Positions 10,379 through 20,505 of a DNA stretch of 64,000 nucleotides are shown piece by piece (within the stretch, counting starts at the first letter, position 1; each line of letters opens with the position of its first letter). The position numbers were made by a program, and so were the translations under genes. The notes beneath the pieces are model-generated. The model was given only the letters and a program-made list of their open reading frames with translations, searched no databases and was not told the origin of the DNA. Location of the stretch: NCBI GenBank assembly GCA_902800905.1, contig CADCGC010000001.1, positions 117,336 to 181,335 on the forward strand, given 5' to 3'. Source of the stretch: an uncultured Erysipelotrichaceae bacterium. GTDB lineage: Bacteria; Bacillota_I; Bacilli_A; RFN20; CAG-826.

Positions 10379-11467
10379 TTATTTATGGGCCTCTTCAAAT
10401 TCTTTCATGTATTTCACGAGTGCTTCAACACCTTCAATTGGCATTGCGTTATAAATAGACGCTCTTAAGCCACCAACAGAACGGTGTCCTTTTAAGTTAG
10501 TGAAGCGATATTTTTTAGCACCTTCTAAGAACTCAGCGTCAAGTTCATCGCTTGGTGTTCTAAAGGTGACGTTCATTAATGAACGTGAATCTTTATCAAC
10601 ATATGGTTTAAAGAACTTACTTTGATCTAAATAATCATATAAGATCTTGGCTTTCTTTTCGTTAATTTCTTTTCTCTTTTCGAGTCCACCAGTCTTAAGT
10701 AACCACTTGAAGACTAAGCCACAAACATAGATGGCAAATGTTGGTGGGGTGTTATACATCGAACCATTTTCAGCGTGCACTCTAAAGTCTAAATAAACTG
10801 GAAGAGGAACTCTTGGCGCTCTCGCTAACAAGTCTTCTCTAATAATGTAGATAGTAACACCAGCAGGACCAACATTCTTTTGTGCTCCAGCGTAGATAAT
10901 GCCAAACTTAGAAACGTCAATTGGCTCGCTTAAGAAACAAGATGACATATCACACACGAGTGGGATATCTCCGGTATCTGGATATTCTTTATATTTAGAG
11001 CCATAAATTGTGTTGTTATCGCAAATATAGACATAGTCTGCATCTTCTCTAAATTTCAAACCTTTTAGGTTTGGAATATGTTTAAATCCATCTTCTTCAC
11101 TAGTCGCTACAACGTTAACATCAGCGAATAACTTGGTGTCTTTAATGACTTTCTTTGTCCAAACACCAGTGTTAATGATATCAACCTTTCCGTTAGTGGC
11201 GAAATTCATTGGAATCATTGAGAATCCTAATGTCGCTCCACCTTGGAGGAATAGCACTTTGTAGTTATCTGGAATTCCAATAAGTTTTCTTAAATCAGCT
11301 TCTGCGGTGTCGATGATATTTTGATAGACCTTCGATCTATGGCTCATCTCCATCACTGACATTCCAGAACCATCTTTGTCGAGCATTTCTTCCGCAACTT
11401 GTTCTAGTACTTCCTCTGGTAGCATCGCTGGACCAGCAGAGAAGTTATAAATTCTATTTCCTTTCAT
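10379..11467 (-). CDS. serC: Phosphoserine aminotransferase
   Basis: YNFSAGPAMLP, EMSHRS, GAQKNVGPAG, GHRSVGGLRASIYNA. Start placed at the ATG following the RBS. Confidence 0.96.
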   Translation of the reverse strand: MKGNRIYNFSAGPAMLPEEVLEQVAEEMLDKDGSGMSVMEMSHRSKVYQNIIDTAEADLRKLIGIPDNYKVLFLQGGATLGFSMIPMNFATNGKVDIINTGVWTKKVIKDTKLFADVNVVATSEEDGFKHIPNLKGLKFREDADYVYICDNNTIYGSKYKEYPDTGDIPLVCDMSSCFLSEPIDVSKFGIIYAGAQKNVGPAGVTIYIIREDLLARAPRVPLPVYLDFRVHAENGSMYNTPPTFAIYVCGLVFKWLLKTGGLEKRKEINEKKAKILYDYLDQSKFFKPYVDKDSRSLMNVTFRTPSDELDAEFLEGAKKYRFTNLKGHRSVGGLRASIYNAMPIEGVEALVKYMKEFEEAHK

Positions 11468-11497
11468 TATTAATCTTTCTCCTTTCATGAATAATAA

Positions 11498-12712
11498 TTA
11501 GGCAATCTTTTTAGCTTCTAAGTAATATCGCTTTTCAGAGGCATGTCCCATAGAAAAACTCTTTCTTGGTAATACCTTATCTAAAGCGACAAATTCAAAG
11601 ATGTCACTTTTACCTAAAGCAGGCATTAAAATAGCAAGAGACCCGCTATTTTTGTTAGCGACATCAATTAAAGATGATTCATCATGAATGAAATCAACTT
11701 TGCTTTCTTTATGATTTTGTAGATATTCATCAATATATTTTTGAATGATTTGATAAGTCTCGGCAGCGTTCCCCGGAACCTTAAATTCAACTTTACCTAA
11801 TTCTTTAGAATAAGCATAAGTTGTCTTTGCCCCATTCGAGCACAATCCTTTAAGTCCCGCTAGTAATTCTTTATCTGCGTTAAAGATAATTCTATGAATT
11901 GGTTCAAAGATAATTCCTTCATCATAGATGTTATTAGCCTCCACTAAAGCGAAACGAGCAGGATGAGTTTTTCTTTCTTCTTCACTTAGTGTTTGTTTAA
12001 CATTTTCCCAGTGTGCTTTCGCGGTTGCTAAAGAATGGTTACCATCTCCAACAATAAACATCAAACCATTGTTGTTCTTTTTATATAAAGAATCAAATAG
12101 TCTAATAACATTTTGAGTATCTTTAATGAGATAGCCTCTAATATGTCCACCATTTTGATTTAAATCAAAATCATATAGACATTCTAATTTGTCTCTATCT
12201 TTGTAGATAGGTTCCACGATTGTTTTATCTTTGTCATCAAATAGTAAAAGCGTGTGAGGTAATTCAATTGGAGCGTCTTTTCTAATCTTAAGACGAGGAG
12301 GAATTCTTTCCACAATTGTTGCTTCACTCGCTTTAATGGAACAAGGAACACCTCTAAGATAAGAATATTCTTCTAAATCGATAGAGATGATTAACCCTAA
12401 TCTTCTCACTCCATAAGAAGTCACTCTTTCCACCAATACGAAAGATTCCCCTTTATCAAGGAGATCTCCGTTAGAGAGATATCTATTAATATTTATATTA
12501 ATATTATTGATGTATTCTTCTTGGTTTGTGCTTTCTAAATACGCTTCTGGGTAAATCATATGGAAGGTTGATACTGAATTACCAATGTCTTCCTTTAATT
12601 CATCCCAATATTCTTTTTGACTAGTGAATTGATCACAAGCAACGACCGCATATTTAGTCATATCAACGCCTTCTTTTGGAAGGTAGATATGAGGAGCATG
12701 AACAACACTCAT
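11498..12712 (-). CDS. DUF1015 family protein
   Basis: ACDQFTSQ, VGDGNHSLATAK, FEPIHR, LPRKSFSMG. Typical serC/serA neighbour. Confidence 0.85.
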   Translation of the reverse strand: MSVVHAPHIYLPKEGVDMTKYAVVACDQFTSQKEYWDELKEDIGNSVSTFHMIYPEAYLESTNQEEYINNINININRYLSNGDLLDKGESFVLVERVTSYGVRRLGLIISIDLEEYSYLRGVPCSIKASEATIVERIPPRLKIRKDAPIELPHTLLLFDDKDKTIVEPIYKDRDKLECLYDFDLNQNGGHIRGYLIKDTQNVIRLFDSLYKKNNNGLMFIVGDGNHSLATAKAHWENVKQTLSEEERKTHPARFALVEANNIYDEGIIFEPIHRIIFNADKELLAGLKGLCSNGAKTTYAYSKELGKVEFKVPGNAAETYQIIQKYIDEYLQNHKESKVDFIHDESSLIDVANKNSGSLAILMPALGKSDIFEFVALDKVLPRKSFSMGHASEKRYYLEAKKIA

Positions 12713-14058
12713 TAGCACACACCTTGAGCAAGCATTGCGTCGTATACTTTGAGGAAACCAGCGATATTTGCGCCTAAAGCAAGATTACGTGGTTGCCCGA
12801 ATTTAACTGCTGTTTCATGACATTGTTTAAAGATATTCTTCATAATACCCTTAAGCTTTTCGTCAACTTCTTCAAACGTCCAAGATAAGTGCATCGCGTT
12901 TTGACTCATTTCTAAGCCAGATACTGCCACTCCACCAGCGTTACTAGCTTTTCCTGGTGAGAATAAAACTTCATTCTCATTGAAGTATCTAATAGCCTCT
13001 AAGTCACATGGCATATTCGCACCTTCAGCGACCATATAACAGCCATTTTGTTTGAGTTCTTTCGCGTTTTCTAGATTAATTTCGCCTTGAGTTGCACATG
13101 GCATTGCGATATCACAAGGAACTTTCCATAAGTCTCTAGAAACATCACTATGTTTAACGCCTGGATGTTTAGCGACATAGTCTTTAGTGAATTCACCTTT
13201 TGCTTTTGCAAGTTCAACGATTTCATCAACATCTAAGCCATTTGGGTCAGCGACATAACCATTAATGTCACTCATTCCAACAATTGTTGCTCCTAGTTCA
13301 GCGGCTTTACGTAACGCCATTGAACCAACTTTACCACTACCAGAGATAATAACTTTCTTACCTTTGAAGTCAGTGTTGAAATATGTCTTTAACATTTCTT
13401 CAGCGAAATAGCATAAGCCATATCCTGTAGCCTCTGGTCTACCTAAAGAACCACCATAAGAGAAGTTCTTACCAGTAAAGACTCCACTCCACTCATCAAC
13501 GATTCTCTTATATTGACCAAACATATAGCCAATTTCTCTAGCTCCAAATCCTAAGTCTCCAGCAGGAACGTCAGTGTTTGGTCCGATATGACGATAGAAT
13601 TCAGTCATAAATGACTGACAGAATCTCATCACTTCTCCATCACTCTTTCCACGAGGATTGAAATCGGAGCCACCTTTGCCTCCACCCATTGGGAGTCCGG
13701 TTAAGCTATTTTTAAATGTTTGTTCAAATCCTAAGAATTTAAGAATTGATAAGTTAACTGATTTATCAAATCTCATTCCACCTTTATATGGTCCAATCGC
13801 AGAGTTAAATTGGACTCTATATCCAGTATTAACTTGAATCTTTCCGTTATCATCCACCCAAGGAACTCTAAACTCTATGATTCTTTCTGGGACAACTAAT
13901 CTTTCTAAGATTGAGTACTGTTCAATCTTTGGATCTTTTTCCACTAAGAAATCCATAGAATCAAAGAATTCTTCCACTGCTTGAATGAATTCAGTTTCGT
14001 TAGAATATCTTCTTCTAACATCTTCTAACAAGTTGTTTAAATATTGACTTTTGTACAT
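12712..14058 (-). CDS. gdhA: NADP-specific glutamate dehydrogenase
   Basis: GPYKGGMRF, LPMGGGKGGSDF, DVPAGD, RPEATGYG, EGANMP. AAGGAG RBS upstream of 14058. Confidence 0.96.
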   Translation of the reverse strand: MYKSQYLNNLLEDVRRRYSNETEFIQAVEEFFDSMDFLVEKDPKIEQYSILERLVVPERIIEFRVPWVDDNGKIQVNTGYRVQFNSAIGPYKGGMRFDKSVNLSILKFLGFEQTFKNSLTGLPMGGGKGGSDFNPRGKSDGEVMRFCQSFMTEFYRHIGPNTDVPAGDLGFGAREIGYMFGQYKRIVDEWSGVFTGKNFSYGGSLGRPEATGYGLCYFAEEMLKTYFNTDFKGKKVIISGSGKVGSMALRKAAELGATIVGMSDINGYVADPNGLDVDEIVELAKAKGEFTKDYVAKHPGVKHSDVSRDLWKVPCDIAMPCATQGEINLENAKELKQNGCYMVAEGANMPCDLEAIRYFNENEVLFSPGKASNAGGVAVSGLEMSQNAMHLSWTFEEVDEKLKGIMKNIFKQCHETAVKFGQPRNLALGANIAGFLKVYDAMLAQGVC

Positions 14059-14202
14059 GTCATTAAGTCTCCTTAAATAAAAATATCCCCTATAAGTAAA
14101 AAACACGAATAGAGGAAATATAGTAAGTCATATCTTGCTTTAATAGATTAACATATCTAATCTATTGATTTCAACAAATGAGAAAAAAGCGGGCTAATAT
14201 TA

Positions 14203-14433
14203 TCATAGGTATGGCTTGTTTTGATTATTCCTAGGAATCTCAACCGGACCTAATTCGCAATTAAACATTATTAAAACACGATTGACATTTTTAACATTAA
14301 GAGTGGCCTTGCCTTGTTCAAGCGCTCTCAAAAAGGCCAAACCAACTCCAGCTAAAACAGCAAACTGTTTTTGAGTTAGCCCATGTTTTTTTCTTTGTTC
14401 TTTTACAAATTCTGCAATTTTATTACTTTTCAT
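14203..14433 (-). CDS. XRE/HipB-like HTH regulator with no adjacent HipA
   Basis: FVKEQRKKHGLTQ..AGVGLAFLRALEQGKATL resembles HipB/y4mF-type antitoxins. Confidence 0.75.
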   Translation of the reverse strand: MKSNKIAEFVKEQRKKHGLTQKQFAVLAGVGLAFLRALEQGKATLNVKNVNRVLIMFNCELGPVEIPRNNQNKPYL

Positions 14434-14463
14434 ATTTTTGTGAGATTAAAAATTGATAAGAAA

Positions 14464-14527
14464 ATTATATCCTGCAGCATATAATCGATATATGTTGTAG
14501 GTCAATTTATATCGTATAGCGTATAAT
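14464..14527. promoter_or_regulatory. Two palindromic operator-like sites overlapping the HTH gene promoter
   Basis: attatatcctgcagcatataat and tttatatcgtatagcgtataat flank a minus-strand TTGACC. Confidence 0.5.
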
Positions 14528-14791
14528 TTGTTTGTTATTTTTTACGTGTTTGTAAATCCTTTAATACCTCAATAAATATCTTTAGTTTTTCCATATTAGC
14601 AGCGTAGCTCACTGTGAACTTACTCGGCAATTGAATAACCGAGGATTCCCGTTCGATATCCTAAAAGAATATAGAAACTCTTTCGACATCATCGAATTTG
14701 CAATCTATTGTTCACCATACGAAATAGAGAATTATGATGTTTTTAAAGAAATAATTTGCTAAATTATTATAGTTAAAAGGATAAATTTGTT

Positions 14792-16606
14792 ATGCAAGCA
14801 TTAATGTTAGCAGCGGGTCTAGGAAAAAGACTAGCGAAATACACAAAAAACAACACCAAGTGTATGGTGGAAGTCGCTGGAGAAAAATTAATTGATCGAG
14901 CGATTAAATCAATCAAGAAAGCAGGAATCAAACGTTTTGTTCTTGTTACTGGATATAAAGGAAAGGAATTACAAGAATATATTCTTTCTCACCATAAGGG
15001 TGAACTTGATTTTGTGTTTATTGATAACGATGTCTATAGCACCACTAACAATATCTATTCTTTTTATCTCGCTAAAGATGAACTCGTGAAAGACGACACA
15101 ATCCTACTCGAAAGCGATATCATCTTTGATGAAGACTTAATCAAAGAAGTTAAAGAAAGCGAAGAAAGTAACACAGTTGTCGTTGCTAAATATGAAAGCT
15201 GGATGGATGGCACGGTTGTGACATTAACTGAAGATAACCACATCCATAAATTTGTTGAAAAACAAAATATGAAGATTGGTCGCTTAGATCAATATTACAA
15301 GACCGTTAACGTTTATAAGTTCTCAAAAGAATTCCTCGCTAACGTATATCTTCCATTCTTAAAGACATATATGGATATTCAAGGTTTCAATGCTTACTAT
15401 GAAACCTCATTAAAATATATTTGTCAGTTACCAAATATTTCTATGAAAGCATTCTTAATGGATGAAAGACCATGGTATGAAATTGATGACGCTCAAGATT
15501 TAAATATCGCAAATATCTTATTCTCTAAAGGAGAAGAAAAATATAATCTTCTTACCTCCACCTATGGAGGATTCTGGAGATATCCTGGATATATTGATTT
15601 CTGCTACTTAGTGAATCCATATTTCCCAAAACAAAATATGATTGAGAAAATGCAAAACGAATTCCCAATTCTTTTAAGACAATATCCTTCAGGATTAAAA
15701 ACTCAAAACATGAATGCTTCTAGAACCTTTAATGTTAACGAAGAATATCTTCTTGTTGGTAATGGAGCGGCAGAGCTCATTAACGCTTTAGGGAGAGTGT
15801 TTAAAGGAAAGAAAGTGGCAGTCAACTTACCAACATTCAATGAATATGTTAGATGTTTCAAAGAATGTCAAATAAGTGAAATTGATAATTCTTATAATGA
15901 TTATGCATTAAGTAAATGCGATATAAGAAATGCCTTAAATAACAATGATGCGGTAATTATCGTCAATCCTGAAAACCCATCAGGATATATGTTTGATAAA
16001 GATGAAATCATTGAGTTATGTGACTACGCGAAAGAAGTAGATAAAGTTCTTGTTATCGATGAGTCATTTGAAGACTTTGCTAAAAAAGAAAGAAGATATA
16101 CTTTACTTGATGATTCATTCTTAGAAAAATATCCAAACGTCATTGTCGTTAAATCAATCTCTAAATCATTTGGAGTTCCAGGACTCCGTTTAGGTGTGCT
16201 TGCCAGTAGTGATAAATCACTCTTAAAAGATCTCAAAGAAGAGATGCAAGTGTGGAATATCAACTCCTTTGGAGAATATTACCTTCAAGTCTATAATCTC
16301 TACTCCAAAGACTATCTAGCAAGCTGTGACTTAATTGCTGAGCAAAGAGAATATATGATTTCTGAACTTAGAAAGATCAAAGGCATCAAAGTCTACGACT
16401 CTGAAGCTAACTATGTTATGGTGGATCTTGGTAACACTAATTCAAAAGAATTATGTATCAATCTCTTAGACAACAAAAAAATCATCATCAAGGATTTGTC
16501 CACTAAGAACAAGTTTAATGGAAGAAACTTCATTAGGCTTGCAGTCAGAGATCAAAATGATAATGATTTGCTACTAAACGAATTAAGAAAATATTTAATT
16601 AAATAA
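14792..16606 (+). CDS. Fusion of a LicC-like nucleotidyltransferase and a HisC/CobD-like PLP enzyme
   Basis: LAAGLGKRL and WYEIDDAQDL, then GNGAAELI, NPENPSG, DESF, KSISKSFGVPGLRLG. Confidence 0.85.
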   Translation: MQALMLAAGLGKRLAKYTKNNTKCMVEVAGEKLIDRAIKSIKKAGIKRFVLVTGYKGKELQEYILSHHKGELDFVFIDNDVYSTTNNIYSFYLAKDELVKDDTILLESDIIFDEDLIKEVKESEESNTVVVAKYESWMDGTVVTLTEDNHIHKFVEKQNMKIGRLDQYYKTVNVYKFSKEFLANVYLPFLKTYMDIQGFNAYYETSLKYICQLPNISMKAFLMDERPWYEIDDAQDLNIANILFSKGEEKYNLLTSTYGGFWRYPGYIDFCYLVNPYFPKQNMIEKMQNEFPILLRQYPSGLKTQNMNASRTFNVNEEYLLVGNGAAELINALGRVFKGKKVAVNLPTFNEYVRCFKECQISEIDNSYNDYALSKCDIRNALNNNDAVIIVNPENPSGYMFDKDEIIELCDYAKEVDKVLVIDESFEDFAKKERRYTLLDDSFLEKYPNVIVVKSISKSFGVPGLRLGVLASSDKSLLKDLKEEMQVWNINSFGEYYLQVYNLYSKDYLASCDLIAEQREYMISELRKIKGIKVYDSEANYVMVDLGNTNSKELCINLLDNKKIIIKDLSTKNKFNGRNFIRLAVRDQNDNDLLLNELRKYLIK

Positions 16607-17080
16607 AATAGAATAAGATTCCACTAAGTCACTTAACTTCATCTTCGCATTAGCTGGAGAAGAAGATGGTAGATAAAAAGTAGGAATATTAACAAGTTGT
16701 TTCAAATATTTTTCAAATAAAGAAGAGGCCTTACCACCGGTGACGCCGATTCTTTTTATATTTGGGTATCTTGTTAATATAGAAACAATATCAATAGGAG
16801 TAACGTTCTTAATTGAAGAATCACTACTATTATTAATCTCACATCTTTCAATCACATCATATAAAGCGATGTGGTGTCGTCTTAAGAATTCTTTTCTTTC
16901 GCTCGTGGTCTTAGGCTCATCTTCTAAAAATATCTTACTTAATGTAAGAAAGAATCTATTTTGTTTATGAGCATAATAAAATCCTTCTTCTCGACTTTTG
17001 ATGCTTGGAAAAGAACCAAGGATAAGTATAGAAGAATCTTCATCAATAAATATTGGTAAAGAAGAATGATCCACTAGCAT
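16595..17080 (-). CDS. UDG-superfamily DNA glycosylase (hypoxanthine/deoxyinosine type)
   Basis: LILGSFPSIKSREEGFYYAH.QNRF, LPSSSPANA. Confidence 0.85.
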   Translation of the reverse strand: MLVDHSSLPIFIDEDSSILILGSFPSIKSREEGFYYAHKQNRFFLTLSKIFLEDEPKTTSERKEFLRRHHIALYDVIERCEINNSSDSSIKNVTPIDIVSILTRYPNIKRIGVTGGKASSLFEKYLKQLVNIPTFYLPSSSPANAKMKLSDLVESYSILFN

Positions 17081-17820
17081 GATTTCTTTTTGTTTAAGAC
17101 TTTAACAACAGTACCAGCTAAGAATAAGACAAAGCTTAAAGAAATAAAGATAAGAACAAAGACATTAATCTCTTCTTCCCATCTCATAATAATTAAAGTG
17201 ACATCAAAGAAGATTGCAGCGAATATTGCCCAAGAGATAAATAAGTCATCTCTTTCATTAAATAAAAGAAGCAAGAGATATGTAAATACACCTACTAATA
17301 TAAAAGAGGCAACTCCTTCAATAATATGGAAATAAACATGAGCCTCAATCAAAGATTGATACATCACTGGTATCGCCATCGAAAAAGAGACAAGATAGCT
17401 AAAAGATAACCACTTTAGTAAAGCATTGCCTTTATTCATAATCACTTTAAGAAGAATGCCCACTATTAAGATTCCATAGGAAATAAACTGCACTACCGAG
17501 ATTGTGTAATGAGTGTGAACCATCCCAGAAAGTAGAAGTATCCCACTAGCGAAGCATAAGTAATTGAAATTGATATTCTCATTAAAAATGAATAACGCTT
17601 TTAATGAGTCTCGACATTTTAATAATAGGAACACTAACCAACCGACGATAGATAGGAACACCAAAGTATAGACATATCCATCAAAAGCGTTCCCATAGAT
17701 ATTGATTCCATTAGCAAAAGAAAGAGAAACACTAACAACTCTTTCAACAAGCAAAATGATGAAATATAAATAGAAAGATAAATTAATTAAATATGTAAGA
17801 ACTCGATTATTTTTACTCAT
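17074..17820 (-). CDS. Hypothetical multi-pass membrane protein
   Basis: About 8 hydrophobic helices. Confidence 0.7.
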   Translation of the reverse strand: MSKNNRVLTYLINLSFYLYFIILLVERVVSVSLSFANGINIYGNAFDGYVYTLVFLSIVGWLVFLLLKCRDSLKALFIFNENINFNYLCFASGILLLSGMVHTHYTISVVQFISYGILIVGILLKVIMNKGNALLKWLSFSYLVSFSMAIPVMYQSLIEAHVYFHIIEGVASFILVGVFTYLLLLLFNERDDLFISWAIFAAIFFDVTLIIMRWEEEINVFVLIFISLSFVLFLAGTVVKVLNKKKSC

Positions 17821-18563
17821 CTGTGTTTTCTCCTTTCAATCCATTTAATGATTTCTTTAACAAACGGATATTCATTGTCTTTATCCTTATGAGCGCTCCC
17901 CTCACAGTGACCTCCATGTAGTAATACTTGGTCTAATACTAAGTTGTTATTAAATGATAAAACACTCTTAATAAGAAGTTGATTTTGCTCATATCGATTA
18001 GGTAAATCATTGTCATAAAGAATGAATAAAGATGAAGCGATATTAACATGCTCATCAACGTAATATAAAGGGGCTAATTCATCAATACGTTGTAATAATG
18101 GATTTAATCCCTTTTCAATTCTCATGATATTGAAATGAGATGTTGGTTGTCCACTTTCAAATATCCAGCCTTTGATTCTTGAAGCATCAACACCTTCATT
18201 AATGAAATATTCTTTGTTAAAACAAAGCATCATTGCTAAATAAGCACCCGCACTAGTGCCACTAATATAGATGTCTTGTTCTTTAAATTCATTTAAGACA
18301 TATTTAATAGCTTTCGCTCCTTCAATTAGATATGAAGGAAATTTAGTGTTTGGATATAAAGAATAATTAACATTAACAAATGTATATTCTTTACTAGCAA
18401 ACGATTCTGATATCTCCACTAGGTGAGGATCATATTTATCTCCACACTCAAAACCACCGCCATGGAAATAGACAATTACTGCCTTTTCTTTTTCAGCGTA
18501 ATAGATGTCTAGTTTGTCTAATGGAGAAATATTTGAATAAACAATATCTTTTTTGGTTTTCAT
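17817..18563 (-). CDS. Alpha/beta hydrolase (HSL-like esterase)
   Basis: HGGGF oxyanion motif and GTSAG nucleophile elbow. Confidence 0.85.
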   Translation of the reverse strand: MKTKKDIVYSNISPLDKLDIYYAEKEKAVIVYFHGGGFECGDKYDPHLVEISESFASKEYTFVNVNYSLYPNTKFPSYLIEGAKAIKYVLNEFKEQDIYISGTSAGAYLAMMLCFNKEYFINEGVDASRIKGWIFESGQPTSHFNIMRIEKGLNPLLQRIDELAPLYYVDEHVNIASSLFILYDNDLPNRYEQNQLLIKSVLSFNNNLVLDQVLLHGGHCEGSAHKDKDNEYPFVKEIIKWIERRKHR

Positions 18564-18583
18564 CAGTTAATACCTATATTTAA

Positions 18584-19432
18584 TTAATTCAAATAATTAG
18601 AGGTAATTGAAACAAAGAAATCTTTGTTCCAAAGTGATAATTTGTTTTCATTTTTAATAAAAGACGAACAATCTTTTTTTGCCTCTTCAAAATCAACAGA
18701 ATCAAGTCTATTAATTAAATCGGCTTTAAGATTATCAATGTTGTAATCACAATCGCTTTTTAAAAACCCTGTTTGAATTAATGAGTTTTTCAAAAGGTCC
18801 ATATTTGGTTTTGTCCCCCTATTTAAATAGAAGACATAATCATAATAGTCTCTACCTTTTGTCCAGTTTCTGCATAATAACGCATGTAACTTTCCGGCAA
18901 GTAAAGATGATTCATCATAAATAAGGACTCGATAAGGAGATGGAAACAATCCATATTTATATTCAAACGTCGCTCCTGAAGGAGGATTGGTATCAATTTC
19001 AATTTTTACTTTGATCGAAGATATATGTCCTAGTCTTTTTGATAATTCTTCGTTAAGGCCAATATTTATTAAATTTGTAATTGTATCTCCTTTAACAAAC
19101 GCACTCTGAACTGCTCCAATCGATTTTTTGCTTTGAACAGAGACAGCTAATCCAAAAGCGTTCATATTCTTTTCAATAGCAGGTAAATAATCATCCAAGG
19201 AAAAATTCTTATCTTTCTTGATAAGAGAGAAGTCTAAATCTTCGCTAGCGCGATCTAAATCATAAAAAATTCTTAATGCGGTTCCACCCAAAAAAGCTAC
19301 TTTTGTAAAAAAATCGGTTTTACTTAGTGAAAATAGCGTGAGCTCTTGAATCACTTCTCTAATCGCATTTATATATTCTTTGTTGGTGGTTGCTTTATAT
19401 TGATTAATTCTATTTAACAAAATGTTTTCCAT
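18584..19432 (-). CDS. AbiEii-family nucleotidyltransferase toxin (copy 1)
   Basis: AFLGGTALRIFY, RASEDLDF, KIEIDTNPP, KLHALLCR, KGRDYYD. Confidence 0.9.
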   Translation of the reverse strand: MENILLNRINQYKATTNKEYINAIREVIQELTLFSLSKTDFFTKVAFLGGTALRIFYDLDRASEDLDFSLIKKDKNFSLDDYLPAIEKNMNAFGLAVSVQSKKSIGAVQSAFVKGDTITNLINIGLNEELSKRLGHISSIKVKIEIDTNPPSGATFEYKYGLFPSPYRVLIYDESSLLAGKLHALLCRNWTKGRDYYDYVFYLNRGTKPNMDLLKNSLIQTGFLKSDCDYNIDNLKADLINRLDSVDFEEAKKDCSSFIKNENKLSLWNKDFFVSITSNYLN

Positions 19433-20015
19433 TTTTAATGTCCTCCAATAGTGCAATAAAGTATTTGTGATTAACTGTTTTATATTTTTTTGATAGCTCG
19501 ATTAGTTTGTCAAAATCTAACGAAAGAAATTCATCAATATCAATTCTTAAAGAATCAAATAAAAGACTTTGTATTTTCTTTTTACTATGAATAGGAGAAA
19601 GAATATATAAATAATCGCAAATGGCTTTTTCTTTCGTTGCAATTAAATAAGAATAGCCCGATTCTTGAATCCATTTGGTTTCTAAATAGAAAACAGAAGA
19701 TGGAACATCGCGATATGAATATCTCCCAAATTGATTCGTGTATTTTGTAATATGTTTTTGACCAGTTGTTGCGTTTGTAAACTCAACAGCAAATTCAGGA
19801 ATTAAACCATAAATTGATAAAGCATATTCAAAAGATAAATATGATGGAGATTTAATATATTGAGACAAAAGATATCCAGGGACATCTTTTTCTGTTTCAT
19901 ATAAACCTTTTTTAATTAAAAAATAATTACCTTTTTCTATTTCTCTTTTAATTTTCATTTTAGGGACTTTATAGTCACCATATTTATTCATTAATTCTTG
20001 AGTAGAAATTACCAT
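19410..20015 (-). CDS. AbiEi-family antitoxin (copy 1)
   Basis: KKGLYE, PSYLSFEYALSIYGLIPE, IATKEKAICD. Confidence 0.88.
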   Translation of the reverse strand: MVISTQELMNKYGDYKVPKMKIKREIEKGNYFLIKKGLYETEKDVPGYLLSQYIKSPSYLSFEYALSIYGLIPEFAVEFTNATTGQKHITKYTNQFGRYSYRDVPSSVFYLETKWIQESGYSYLIATKEKAICDYLYILSPIHSKKKIQSLLFDSLRIDIDEFLSLDFDKLIELSKKYKTVNHKYFIALLEDIKNGKHFVK

Positions 20016-20077
20016 ATTTGCTCACCTAAGTATAAAATTACTATACTTTCATGAGTAAAACAATATATTTTTGATTA

Positions 20078-20401
20078 TTATTGTCTTTTGTGTAACCTTT
20101 TTAGCGCAAATTTCGCTGTTTCTAAATCAATGTCGCCACGTTTATATAGCCTAAATATTTTCTTAGCTTCTTCACTTGGAGGAACTCCATCAACTGTCGC
20201 AATCGCTGTTGCAAAGGCTAAGTCTTCATCTTCTTTTGAAGGAATAGATAATTCAAAAGGAAAGCCATTATGATTAACTGTTGCTGTTAAAAACAGCGTA
20301 ATAGCCTGACTAGTTGTTAAACCTAGTCTAGAAAAAATATAATCAGCTTGCTCTTTAATGTCTTGTGTCACTCTTGTGTGAACTGTTTCTGTTTTTGCCA
20401 T
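20078..20401 (-). CDS. RelB/DinJ-family antitoxin with a VbhA-like C-terminal domain
   Basis: MAKTETVHTRV..IFSRLGLTTSQAITLFL..GFPFEL (RelB/DinJ), then TAIATVDGVPPSEEA..YKRGDID. Confidence 0.75.
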   Translation of the reverse strand: MAKTETVHTRVTQDIKEQADYIFSRLGLTTSQAITLFLTATVNHNGFPFELSIPSKEDEDLAFATAIATVDGVPPSEEAKKIFRLYKRGDIDLETAKFALKRLHKRQ

Positions 20402-20463
20402 ATTTCTCACCCAGTAATATTGTATCACGATTGCGACACAAAGGCATTTTATATTTGATAAAT

Positions 20464-20505
20464 TTTCTATGAATTCAAATTCAATGAAAATAAATTCATT
20501 AAAAA
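20464..20505. repeat. 42-bp direct repeat, copy 1, overlapping the ATPase stop codon
   Basis: tttctatgaattcaaattcaatgaaaataaattcattaaaaa, identical to 21905-21946. Confidence 0.9.
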
